Source: Planctomycetota bacterium (lineage in GTDB: Bacteria; Planctomycetota; UBA1135; UBA2386). From it: a stretch of 64,000 nucleotides of DNA. Numbering within the stretch: position 1 is the stretch's first letter; the number at the start of each line of letters is the position of its first letter. The translations under genes and the position numbers were made by a program. Below, piece after piece: positions 36,835 to 45,854 of this stretch. The notes below the pieces were generated by a model. It made no database searches. It had not been told where the DNA came from and saw nothing but the letters and a program-made list of their open reading frames with translations. Location: positions 3,200,001-3,264,000 of the forward strand of contig OZ245838.1 of the NCBI GenBank assembly GCA_965228735.1, given 5' to 3'.

Positions 36835-39531
36835 GTGAGCAGCTCCTCCGAATCCAGCCCCTCGACCGTCGCGATCGAGTTCCTCACCGTGTTCCTGCAG
36901 GACCGGGAGGACGGCAGGAAGCGCACGCTCGAGGAGTACCAGGCGATGTTTCCGCACGCCGAGGCGGTCATCGCCCGGGAGTACGACGCCGTCATGGCAC
37001 CGGGCGCGGCGACGCGGGACGCCGCCCTCGAGGCCGTCTCCCGGGCCGATCGCTACGAGGAGATCGAGGTCGTCGCGCGCGGCGGCATGGGGACGGTGCA
37101 CCGGGTGCGCGATTCGGCGCTCGGCCGACTCGTCGCGATGAAGCTGCTCGGCGACGGCAAGGGCAGCACGACGCTGCCGGCTCCCGAAGCGCTGTCCCGC
37201 TTCCTCCACGAGGCCCGCATCACGGCGCGCCTCCAGCACCCGAGCATCGTGCCCGTTCTCGACCTCGGCGTGGACGCGCAGCAGCGGCCCTACTACACGA
37301 TGCCGCTGATCGCCGGCGAGAACCTCGCGGCCTGGATCCGGGGCAACGACGTCGCCGACCCGCGCTGCCTCGCGCGCGGCGTCGCCATCCTCGAACGCGT
37401 GAGCGACGCGATGGCGCACGCCCATTCCAGGCACGTGATCCATCGGGATCTCAAGCCGGCGAACGTGATGCTCGACCACGACGGCGCGGTCTACGTCGTC
37501 GACTGGGGCGTCGCGCGGGCGCGTGACGACGAGCACGAAGCGGTCCACCCCGATCGCGCCGGAACCAACGGACGGGTCGATGCCTCGCGGCAACGATCGA
37601 CGGGGTCGGCGATCTTCGCGGGCGTCCGCACCCAGGCCGGCGACGTCGTCGGCACCCCGGCCTACATGGCGCCGGAGCAGGCGCGGGGCGAAGCCGTCGA
37701 CGAACGCAGCGACGTCTACGCGCTCGGCGCGATCCTCTATCACCTGCTGACGCGACGCCCGCCGTACGCCGGGCAGGCCGACACCGCGACGCCCGAACTC
37801 GTGCGCCAGGGCCCACCGACCGCGCTCGCGATCTGCGCGCGTACCGCGCCGCCGGCGCTCGCGGCGATCTGTGAACGTGCCATGGCGCGAACGGCGGCGG
37901 ACCGGTATCCGACGGCGCGGGAGTTCGCGGCCGAGCTGCGCGCGTTCCTCGACAATCGCGTCGTGCAGGCCTACGCGACGGGGCCCGTCGCCGAGCTCTT
38001 CACGTGGACCCGGCGCAACCGCGGCCTCGCGGCCGCGAGCCTGCTCACGGTTGCGGCCCTCGTCGCCGGCATTGGAGTGAGTCTGCAGCAGAAGTTCGCG
38101 GCCGACGCGAACGCGAACCTCGCGGAGCAGAACCTCGAGATGGCGTTCGCCGCGGCCGAGGGCCTACTCGTCGAGTTCGGTGAGCACACCCTGGCGAACG
38201 ATCCCGCTGCCGACCCGCTCCGTCGGGCGCTCGCCGACCGCGCGCTCGCGTACTACCGGCGCTTCACGGAGCTGCGCGGCGATGACCCGCGCGTGCACGA
38301 GCTCGTCGCACGATCGCACTTCCGAATCGGCCTGCTCGAGGCCCGGCTCGGCCAGAACGAGCGCTCCACAGCGGCGCTCGAGCGGGCGCACGAGGCCTAC
38401 AGCGCACTCGCGCGCGCATTGCCGGACGTGCCGGCCATCCGCAACTGGCTCGCCAGGGTCGAGACCGAACAGCAGATCCACACGCTGCGCCGCGGCGCGT
38501 TGGACGAGGCCGCCGCGGGCTTCCGCGCGATCATCGGCCGGGCCGAGGAAGCGCTCGCCGCGATCCCGGCGACGGCGGATCGGGAGGAGACCGAGATCGA
38601 GCTGCTGCACACGATCGCGTGCGCGAAACACAACCTCGGACTCGCGCTCATTCGGAAGCGCCAACCCGAGGCGGCGCTTTCGGTGGCGAAGGAGAAGGTC
38701 GCGATCGGGCAACGGCTCGTGGCCAGGCAGCCGGACAGTCCGCTCGCGCAACACCGTCTCGCGACCGGCCAGCTGCAGGTCGCGTCCGTTCTGCGCGACC
38801 TCGAGCGTTTCGAGTCCGCGGACGCGGTGCTCGCCGCAGCGTCGAAGCGCATCGGTCCGATCGTCGAGGCGATCGACAACCGCGGCCTGCGGACCGTGCT
38901 GGCCGAGATCGAGAACCTGCGCGGCACGATCCTGCGGCAACTGCGACGCCCGACGGATGCGATCGCGGCGTTCGAACGCGCGATCGCGGTGCAGCAACGC
39001 CTCGTCGCCGCGAATCCGAACGTGCTGGACCACCAGACCCACCTCGCGGGCTCGTTGTGCAACCTCGGAGTGATGCGGCTCGGCCGCCGACAGATCGAGG
39101 AGGCGCACGACCTGATGCAACGGGCGCTCGAACACATCCGGCGCGCGCTGGCGATCGACCCGAACGCGCCGGTCGCGCGCGACTACCGCCGCATCATCGC
39201 GCGCGAGTTCAACAACGTCGGCTTCGCCCTGGCGCTCTACGACGACATCGCGCGCCAGACGCTCGAGTTCGTGGGCGAGCAGCCGGACGAACACGACTGG
39301 TTCGCGGCCTACGCGCTCGCCGGCTGCACGACGCTGGCGGCGCGCGACGCGACCCTGTCCGATGCGGAGCGCTCCGAGAAGGTCGGCACCTACGGCGACG
39401 CCACGATGCGTCATCTCGAGGCCGCGAAGGCGAGCAACACGCTGCAGCCAGGACGGCTCGGCCACGAGACGTTCGCCGGGCTGCGCGACCGCGAGGACTT
39501 CCTCGAGTTCCTGGCCGAACTCGGCCGGTAG
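36835..39531 (+). CDS. Hanks-type Ser/Thr kinase + TM + TPR-like repeats
   Basis: ARGGMG, VAMK, HRDLKPAN, DWG, GTPAYMAPEQ, DVYALG; TM LAAASLLTVAALVAGIGV. Confidence 0.92.
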   Translation: MSSSSESSPSTVAIEFLTVFLQDREDGRKRTLEEYQAMFPHAEAVIAREYDAVMAPGAATRDAALEAVSRADRYEEIEVVARGGMGTVHRVRDSALGRLVAMKLLGDGKGSTTLPAPEALSRFLHEARITARLQHPSIVPVLDLGVDAQQRPYYTMPLIAGENLAAWIRGNDVADPRCLARGVAILERVSDAMAHAHSRHVIHRDLKPANVMLDHDGAVYVVDWGVARARDDEHEAVHPDRAGTNGRVDASRQRSTGSAIFAGVRTQAGDVVGTPAYMAPEQARGEAVDERSDVYALGAILYHLLTRRPPYAGQADTATPELVRQGPPTALAICARTAPPALAAICERAMARTAADRYPTAREFAAELRAFLDNRVVQAYATGPVAELFTWTRRNRGLAAASLLTVAALVAGIGVSLQQKFAADANANLAEQNLEMAFAAAEGLLVEFGEHTLANDPAADPLRRALADRALAYYRRFTELRGDDPRVHELVARSHFRIGLLEARLGQNERSTAALERAHEAYSALARALPDVPAIRNWLARVETEQQIHTLRRGALDEAAAGFRAIIGRAEEALAAIPATADREETEIELLHTIACAKHNLGLALIRKRQPEAALSVAKEKVAIGQRLVARQPDSPLAQHRLATGQLQVASVLRDLERFESADAVLAAASKRIGPIVEAIDNRGLRTVLAEIENLRGTILRQLRRPTDAIAAFERAIAVQQRLVAANPNVLDHQTHLAGSLCNLGVMRLGRRQIEEAHDLMQRALEHIRRALAIDPNAPVARDYRRIIAREFNNVGFALALYDDIARQTLEFVGEQPDEHDWFAAYALAGCTTLAARDATLSDAERSEKVGTYGDATMRHLEAAKASNTLQPGRLGHETFAGLRDREDFLEFLAELGR

Positions 39532-39543
39532 CAGGAGTCACCG

Positions 39544-40212
39544 ATGGCAGAATCACACGATCCTCAGGTCAGCGGCACCGAGACCGGCAACGGATCGGCG
39601 ATGCCGTCCGACGAGATCACGAGCCTGCACGTTCGCCGCGCCGTCGACGGCAACCAGGCGAGCGTCTCGTGGCTCGTGGAGCGTCTCAATCCGCTCCTCC
39701 TGATGCAGGCGCGGTGGCGCATGCGCGGCCAGCTCGCCGGCATCTGCGAACCTGCCGATCTCGTGCAGGAGGCCTGGATCGTCCTGCTGCCGCGACTGCC
39801 CGAACTCGAGCACCGCGACGGCCGGCTGACGCCGGTGCTCCTGCGGTTCCTCACGTCGTCGATCGTTCGCAAGCTGCACAACCTGCTGCGGCGCGAAGCC
39901 CGCCGCCGGATCCACAACGGCAACGACGACGACAACCGCAGCGATCCCGACCCGATCCACCCCGCGACCGGCGTCGTCTCGGGCATCGTCCGAGGCGAAC
40001 GCCAATGCCAGGTCCGCGACGCGCTCGACCGCCTGACGGCCGACGACCGCGCCGCGATCGTGATGCGGGGCATCGAGCAGCAGGAACTCCCGAACGTGGC
40101 CGCCCACTTCGGAGTCACGGTCAAGGCGATGTCCAAGCGCTACACCCGCGCGCTCGCGCGGCTGCGCGAGCGCCTGCCCGAATCAGTCTTCGCCGAACTA
40201 GCGGACGAGTAA
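39544..40212 (+). CDS. ECF RNA polymerase sigma-70 factor (kinase-associated)
   Basis: AGGAG RBS; DLVQEAWI; ALDRLTADDRAAIVMRGIE...VAAHFG...KRYTRAL. Confidence 0.88.
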   Translation: MAESHDPQVSGTETGNGSAMPSDEITSLHVRRAVDGNQASVSWLVERLNPLLLMQARWRMRGQLAGICEPADLVQEAWIVLLPRLPELEHRDGRLTPVLLRFLTSSIVRKLHNLLRREARRRIHNGNDDDNRSDPDPIHPATGVVSGIVRGERQCQVRDALDRLTADDRAAIVMRGIEQQELPNVAAHFGVTVKAMSKRYTRALARLRERLPESVFAELADE

Positions 40213-40218
40213 CCCCGA

Positions 40219-40251
40219 GGATGTTGGGTACGGTGCCAGGCACCAACATCC
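40219..40251. repeat. palindrome/hairpin between convergent genes
   Basis: GGATGTTGG...CCAACATCC arms overlapping the palindrome GGTGCC-A-GGCACC. Confidence 0.5.
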
Positions 40252-40255
40252 GAGC

Positions 40256-42793
40256 TCAGTAGTCGCCGATCGTGACTTCGAGGCCGTTGCTGGCCGCGAG
40301 TCCGTAGGGGTTGAGGCCCGGCACGAACGCGCCGGCCTGGGCGAAGATCGGGAGTCCGAGGAAGCTCGGGTCGCCCGGCATCGTGAGGCTGTAGATCGGG
40401 TCCGGGAACGGCGGCAGCATCAGCAGCGACACCGCGCCACCCGTATAGGCCACGCAGCCGGGCGCGTTCGAGCCGAGCGGCAACGCCGGGTTCACGAAGT
40501 CGAGCTGCACGAAGCCGAGCACGACGCCGTTTGGCAGGCCGGTGAGGCGGAGGTTCCAGTCACGGCAGAGGACCGGCCGCGTGTAGGACGTCAGCTGCGG
40601 GCCGTTGCAACCCGAGCCGACCGTCTGCACCGTCGCCGGCGTGACCTGGGTCGCGTTCGTCAGGCACTGCAGCGTGAAACGGCCGTCCCACGGCGAGCCC
40701 GTCGCGTTCCAGACCTGGACGATGACCTGCATGCCGGACGGACCGTTGCCGTCGAACGACTCGATCGAAGCGTAGGTCGAGTCGAGCGTGTGACCGCTGA
40801 CCTTGACGGTCGGGTTCGCGGTCGGGTCGATGTCGGGCAGGTTGACGCGGTAGCGCCCGGTCGAGAGGCGATCGATCGTCTCGGCCCCGCTCGGGCCGAA
40901 CCGGCCGTTGCTGTCCGTGTAGGCACTGTGCGGCGTGTAGCTCGTCGCGGTCGGCTGGTCCGCCCAGACGTGCGCGCCGGAGCCGTGCTCGACGGCGATC
41001 GGCGCCGCGACCTCGCTGTAGCTCACGATGAACCGGCCATCCGTGAGGTTGCCGAAGACGTCCCGAACGCGAATCAGCGCGACCAGGTCGCCCGTCCCGC
41101 TGGACCACGACGTCACCTTCGGGCGCGTCAGCGACGTGCCGTACGGAGTGACCTGGACGTTGCCGTACTCCGGCCCCGTGGACCCGAGGTTCGGGAACGT
41201 CACCGTGTAGGAGCCGATCGCCGTCCGCGCGACCGTGGGCGCACCCCGATCACCGTTCCAGCTGTAGGCGCCCAGCGGCGTGTAGCTGGACGCCGTCGCG
41301 TTGTTGGCCCAACAGTAGGCCTCGCGCGCGGTCGGGTTGCCGCCGTAACGCCACTGCATCGTGAAGTCGCGATCGCCGGCCGGGTTGCCGAACGCGTCGA
41401 ACAGCAGCACGTTGACCTGGGCCTCGTCGCCGATCTGGAACCAGCTCTTGACGACCGCCGTGTGGTTGCCATCGACGGCCGTGAGGTGCGGCACGCCGCC
41501 GACCGACGGTGCGCCGCCCGGCACGTGAACCGTGAACGCGTTGCTCGAGCTGCCCCGCGTGACGTTCAACGGATCACCTTCGGTCGAGAACTGCTGCCCC
41601 GCTGCCGGCACGAACGACTGACCCTGACCGAGCGGTTCGACGTTGGCCCACGCGACGATCGGCGTCGCCGCCGGACGGTTGGTCAGGAACAGCAGCACGA
41701 ATCGCGTATCCGTCGCACCCCCGGTTGCATCGAAGGTCGTGACGATCACGTTCGTCCCGCCGCAGCCATCGCTGTCCCACGAGTCGACGGTCGCATAGTC
41801 GGCCCCCGAACCCTGCGCGGTGACCAGCGCGGTCGCGCTGCCCGACGGCGCGACGTTGGGCAGGTTGACCAGGTAGCGCCCGACACCGAGGCGTCGCACG
41901 GTCTCGGCATCCGGCGGCCCCTCGCGGCCGTTGCTGTCCGTGTACGTGCCGTTCGGCCGATAGAACGACCCGATCGGATCGTTGGCGTAGACGTACGCGC
42001 CGGAGCCATCGCGCTCGTTGATCGGCGCCGCGGACTCACAATACGAACAGATGAACCGCGAGTCGGTCGGCTGACCCGTCATGTCGAAGCAGCGCACGTT
42101 CACGACCGTGTCGCCGGCGCTGTTGCCCCAGTTGAACACCTTCGCGCGGACCGGCAACGCGCCGTACGGCGTGATCTCGACGCAGCCGCGCTCGTCACCG
42201 AGAGCCGCCAGCCCCGGGAACCGCACCTGATACGTCCCCACGGCACTGCGCGTGACCGTCGGGTTGCCGCGATTGCCGTTCCAGCTGTAGCTCGTCGACG
42301 GCGTGTAGCTCGCGGCCGTCGCGTTGTTCGCGAAGACGTAGGCCTCGCGGCGCGCGAACGGACCTTCGTAGCGCCAGTGCACGGTGAACCTGGCATCGTT
42401 GGCCGGACCGCCGAGGCTGTCGTAGAGCGCGACGCGAGCCTGGACATCACCAGTCGCGGTGAGCCAGCTCTGCACGACGGCCGTGTGGTTGCCGTTCAAC
42501 GCCGTCGCGTGCACGCAGCCGCCAATGGCCGGCGCGGCGCCCGGAATCGTCACCTGGAACTCGTTGTTGCTCGCGCCGCGGGCCACGAGGATCGTGCCGC
42601 CGGCGGTCGAACACTGGTAGGAAGTCGACGGCGTGAAGACGAGGCCCTGCCCGGCGGGCGAGACCCGCGCCCACGCAACCTCTTGCGCCGTGACATCGGG
42701 AGTCGTCGCGCCCAACGCGGCAGCGACCAGGAATGCGAGGCCACACCGACGCAGCGGCGGACCGGAGGAGAGCCGGAGATCAGGATCGTTCAT
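40256..42793 (-). CDS. secreted protein with six ~110-aa beta repeats in (ABC)2 order plus shared C-terminal domain
   Basis: Signal ...DVTA|Q; internal duplication (EVAWARV/IVAWANV; REAYVFANNA/REAYCWANNA; GSGAYVYAND/GSGAHVWADQ); C domain GSGC...PVL...APGC...MPGDPSFLG..IFAQ...ASNGLEVTIGDY. Confidence 0.85.
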   Translation of the reverse strand: MNDPDLRLSSGPPLRRCGLAFLVAAALGATTPDVTAQEVAWARVSPAGQGLVFTPSTSYQCSTAGGTILVARGASNNEFQVTIPGAAPAIGGCVHATALNGNHTAVVQSWLTATGDVQARVALYDSLGGPANDARFTVHWRYEGPFARREAYVFANNATAASYTPSTSYSWNGNRGNPTVTRSAVGTYQVRFPGLAALGDERGCVEITPYGALPVRAKVFNWGNSAGDTVVNVRCFDMTGQPTDSRFICSYCESAAPINERDGSGAYVYANDPIGSFYRPNGTYTDSNGREGPPDAETVRRLGVGRYLVNLPNVAPSGSATALVTAQGSGADYATVDSWDSDGCGGTNVIVTTFDATGGATDTRFVLLFLTNRPAATPIVAWANVEPLGQGQSFVPAAGQQFSTEGDPLNVTRGSSSNAFTVHVPGGAPSVGGVPHLTAVDGNHTAVVKSWFQIGDEAQVNVLLFDAFGNPAGDRDFTMQWRYGGNPTAREAYCWANNATASSYTPLGAYSWNGDRGAPTVARTAIGSYTVTFPNLGSTGPEYGNVQVTPYGTSLTRPKVTSWSSGTGDLVALIRVRDVFGNLTDGRFIVSYSEVAAPIAVEHGSGAHVWADQPTATSYTPHSAYTDSNGRFGPSGAETIDRLSTGRYRVNLPDIDPTANPTVKVSGHTLDSTYASIESFDGNGPSGMQVIVQVWNATGSPWDGRFTLQCLTNATQVTPATVQTVGSGCNGPQLTSYTRPVLCRDWNLRLTGLPNGVVLGFVQLDFVNPALPLGSNAPGCVAYTGGAVSLLMLPPFPDPIYSLTMPGDPSFLGLPIFAQAGAFVPGLNPYGLAASNGLEVTIGDY

Positions 42794-42958
42794 GCCCGCC
42801 CATGTCGCGCGCCCGGCGTCGGCGACGATGAACTCGAAAAACCCGGACGGCCAGAACCCGCGTACCGGGGGCGAAGGCCCTTCACAGGGCAGGTCCATCC
42901 CCGTCGACGCTATCCTGGAACGAAGTCCGCAACCGCCCTCCCCGTTCCACCGACCCTC

Positions 42959-44716
42959 GTGCAACTCGCCCGCCTCTGTTTCGCGTTCGCGGCCTTCGGC
43001 ACCGCTGGCAGCGCCCAAACCGTCGAGATCGTCCGTGACCTGCTGCCGAACGGCAGCGGCGCAGCGTACTGGTCGCTGATCGGGCACCTGCCCGGGCAAC
43101 GCGAGGTTCTCGTCGCGCTCGACGACGGCATCCACGGGTTCGAGTTGTGGCGCACGGACGGCACGGCCGCGGGCACGACGCTGTTCTATGAGTTCGCTCC
43201 CGGACCAGCCGGCACGTTCTTCCGCGGCGGCACGGTCCTCACCGATCACACCTGGTTCGTGCTCGACGTCGGCGCGGGCGAAGAACTGTGGCGCACCGAT
43301 GGCACGGTAACCGGCACGACCCGCGTCAGGACGGCGGGTGCCCTCGGCGTCGCCTCGATCAGCCGCCCGCTCGCCCACCTGGACGGCCGCTTCCTGTTCA
43401 ACACGGACAACGCGCTCTGGAGCACCGACGGGACGCACGCCGGCACCGTCAACCTCGGTTGCCCGCCCGCCTATCGCGTCGACCCAGCCGGCGCGTTCCT
43501 GCTCGTGCACGCCACGCCCGACGACATCTGGCTCACCGACGGCAACCAGGCGACGCTGCTGCGCCAGAACGCCGACGTTCGTTTCGCCGATGGAAGGGTG
43601 CTGTTGAACGAGCGCATCGTGTCCGGTGGCTCGACGGCTGCGAACCGCTTCACGATTCTCAGCGACCCGAGCCAACCGTCGGTCGTCATCAACAGCACCG
43701 TCGTCATCGCGCTGAGTCTGCCGTCGACGGTCCTGCTGCTCGACGTCAGCTTCGCCGGGTCGAGTCTCATGGCGTGGGACGGCACCGGCCCACCGCAGGT
43801 GCTGCGGACGTTCCCTTTCCTCGCGCCACTCGCGCGTCGCATCGGCGACCGCTGGGTGTTCTCCGCGTTCGATCTCACGCTGGGCGAAGAGCCGTGCTTC
43901 ACCGACGGCACCGTCCAGGGCACGCAGATCCTCGACCTCTACCCGGGCCCCGCGGGTTCGCAGCCCGACATCGTCGGCGAACTCGACGGCAAACTCCTGT
44001 TCTGGGCGCTGACGCCGGGAGCCGGCGGCGAACCCTGGGTGACCGACGGCACGATCGCCGGCACGACCCTGTTCGGTGAGACGGTCGCCGGCCCTGCCGG
44101 CACGCTGCCCGATCCCTACGGCGCGCCGATGCAGGCGGGCGACCGCCGACTGCTCTTGTCCGTGAGCGGGCGACCCTGGCTCGTCGGCGGCCCTCAGGGT
44201 CTGCAGCAGGTCGGCGGCGTGAATCTGCTCTCCGCGTGGCGGGCCGTGCCGATCGGCGACACGTGGGTGTTCCTCGCCGACGACGGCGTGCGAGGGCTCG
44301 AGCTCTATCGCCTGCGCACGACGGGCACCGCGATCCCGTTGCCGGACTGCGCCGAGTTCGACCTGTTCGGTGACGGTCGCGAGTTCACCGTCGACGACCC
44401 GGTCCTCGGTGCGACCATCCATGCCCGCGCAACGGGTCTCCAGCCGACCGACCTCGGTGTCGCCATGCTCGGCCACCCGGCAATGTCGCCGGCCTACCTC
44501 GGCGACAACTGCTATCTGCAATTCGACCCGACGGTCGCTATCCCGCTCGCCGTCATCGCCGATCGCGGCAACGGCTCCTGGTCGCTGCCGTTCTACGTTA
44601 CGAACACACCGGGGCTCACTGGCATCGAGCTCGTCGCGCAACCGCTGTTCCTCGACCCGGGAACGACGCCCGGGTGGGCCGGCGGGCGGGCGATATGGCT
44701 GTCGCCCGGACGGTAG
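42959..44716 (+). CDS. secreted ELWxxDGT-repeat protein with shared C-terminal domain
   Basis: GTG start, signal ...TAGSA|Q; ELWRTDGT, EPWVTDGT repeats; C domain DPVLG...C...NTPGLTGIELVAQ. Confidence 0.85.
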   Translation: MQLARLCFAFAAFGTAGSAQTVEIVRDLLPNGSGAAYWSLIGHLPGQREVLVALDDGIHGFELWRTDGTAAGTTLFYEFAPGPAGTFFRGGTVLTDHTWFVLDVGAGEELWRTDGTVTGTTRVRTAGALGVASISRPLAHLDGRFLFNTDNALWSTDGTHAGTVNLGCPPAYRVDPAGAFLLVHATPDDIWLTDGNQATLLRQNADVRFADGRVLLNERIVSGGSTAANRFTILSDPSQPSVVINSTVVIALSLPSTVLLLDVSFAGSSLMAWDGTGPPQVLRTFPFLAPLARRIGDRWVFSAFDLTLGEEPCFTDGTVQGTQILDLYPGPAGSQPDIVGELDGKLLFWALTPGAGGEPWVTDGTIAGTTLFGETVAGPAGTLPDPYGAPMQAGDRRLLLSVSGRPWLVGGPQGLQQVGGVNLLSAWRAVPIGDTWVFLADDGVRGLELYRLRTTGTAIPLPDCAEFDLFGDGREFTVDDPVLGATIHARATGLQPTDLGVAMLGHPAMSPAYLGDNCYLQFDPTVAIPLAVIADRGNGSWSLPFYVTNTPGLTGIELVAQPLFLDPGTTPGWAGGRAIWLSPGR

Positions 44717-44816
44717 GATCGTGTTGGATGCGTGCGGGTGTGTTGCCCCGGCCGAGCGCTGGGCTACCTACCCCCGTTCCCGGGCATCCGCCCCGACACC
44801 ACCAATCGAGCCCACA

Positions 44817-45752
44817 ATGCCTCCTCGCGCCTATTCGTTCGCCCTGGTGACGGCAGTCACCGCGCTGCCACTCACTGCCCAGTCCGCGAGCCTCACCGCC
44901 GCGACACCAATCACGGTCTCCGCGCAGCACGGAGCGCAGACCGCGAGCCAGACGCTACCGGCCGGGCCCCTGCCAGCGGTGCTGCAGCACAGCGCCGGAA
45001 CGCCGGCTGCGCTCGGCAGCTCCGCGACGTTGTGGACCGAGTTCCAGTCCAGCCAGGTGTCGCTCGGCGCGAACGTCCGCTTCGCGCTCCTCGTGCCCGC
45101 CACGAACAGTTCCGCGGCGATCTCGCCGAGTGAATTGGTGCTCGACCTCAGCTCGCCCGCGGGCCAGCCGATGTGGCTCCACATCGAAGGCGACTACTAC
45201 GCCTCGGCCGGGCTGCCGACGCCGCTCTTGATCGTCGACGTGTTCGATGACGGCGTGCCGGACTACTCGCTGCAATTTCCGGCCACGCCGGGCCCGATCG
45301 GTCTGCCGGGCGGCGTGAACGTGCCGACCCGGATCACCCTGAGCTCCAGCACCGTGATGTCCGGGCGCCTCGAGGTCGGCGTTCGACTGACCGCGGTGCC
45401 CGCCAACACCGTCATCAACTCGTCCGGCGGGCAGTGCGCCCTCCTCCAGTACGGTCTGCAGCCGCGCTTCGACGGCGGTCTCTCGTACTCCGCTTCGGCG
45501 CCGTCACAGTTCACGCCCGTCGCGGTCGTCTTCGGCCTCGCGCCGATGCCGCAGCTGCTCGGCAGCGCGGTCGGAATTCCGTGCATCGGACTGCCGCGCC
45601 CCGACATCGTGATCCTGCACCCGTTCGGCGGCGGCGACGGCACGCTCGCGATCCCGCAGGCCGCCCGCCCGATCCGGCTGTACACCCAGGCCATCATGCC
45701 GTCCGGGAACGCGATCCGCACGAGCGAGGCGTTCACCATCAACGCGAACTGA
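44817..45752 (+). CDS. secreted hypothetical protein with divergent shared C-terminal domain
   Basis: Signal ...LPLTA|Q; ends GGQC...VVFG...PC...IP...LYTQA...TSEAFTINAN. Confidence 0.75.
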   Translation: MPPRAYSFALVTAVTALPLTAQSASLTAATPITVSAQHGAQTASQTLPAGPLPAVLQHSAGTPAALGSSATLWTEFQSSQVSLGANVRFALLVPATNSSAAISPSELVLDLSSPAGQPMWLHIEGDYYASAGLPTPLLIVDVFDDGVPDYSLQFPATPGPIGLPGGVNVPTRITLSSSTVMSGRLEVGVRLTAVPANTVINSSGGQCALLQYGLQPRFDGGLSYSASAPSQFTPVAVVFGLAPMPQLLGSAVGIPCIGLPRPDIVILHPFGGGDGTLAIPQAARPIRLYTQAIMPSGNAIRTSEAFTINAN

Positions 45753-45854
45753 GAACCCCACGCGCGGGCGATCGACTTGCATCGTCGCGGCGCGAACAAT
45801 GTCGAGAACCGAGTGCGGCAGTCGCAGTCGTTCTCGCCCGATCCGACCAGTTCT

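Noticed and set aside
40256..44716. Apparent 1461-aa and 1308-aa fully overlapping ORFs (similarly 45855..51287 and 50411..54268)
   Set aside because: Over-extended starts. Signal peptides or domain starts place the real genes at 42793(-), 42959(+), 50330(-) and 51701(+), with no overlap.
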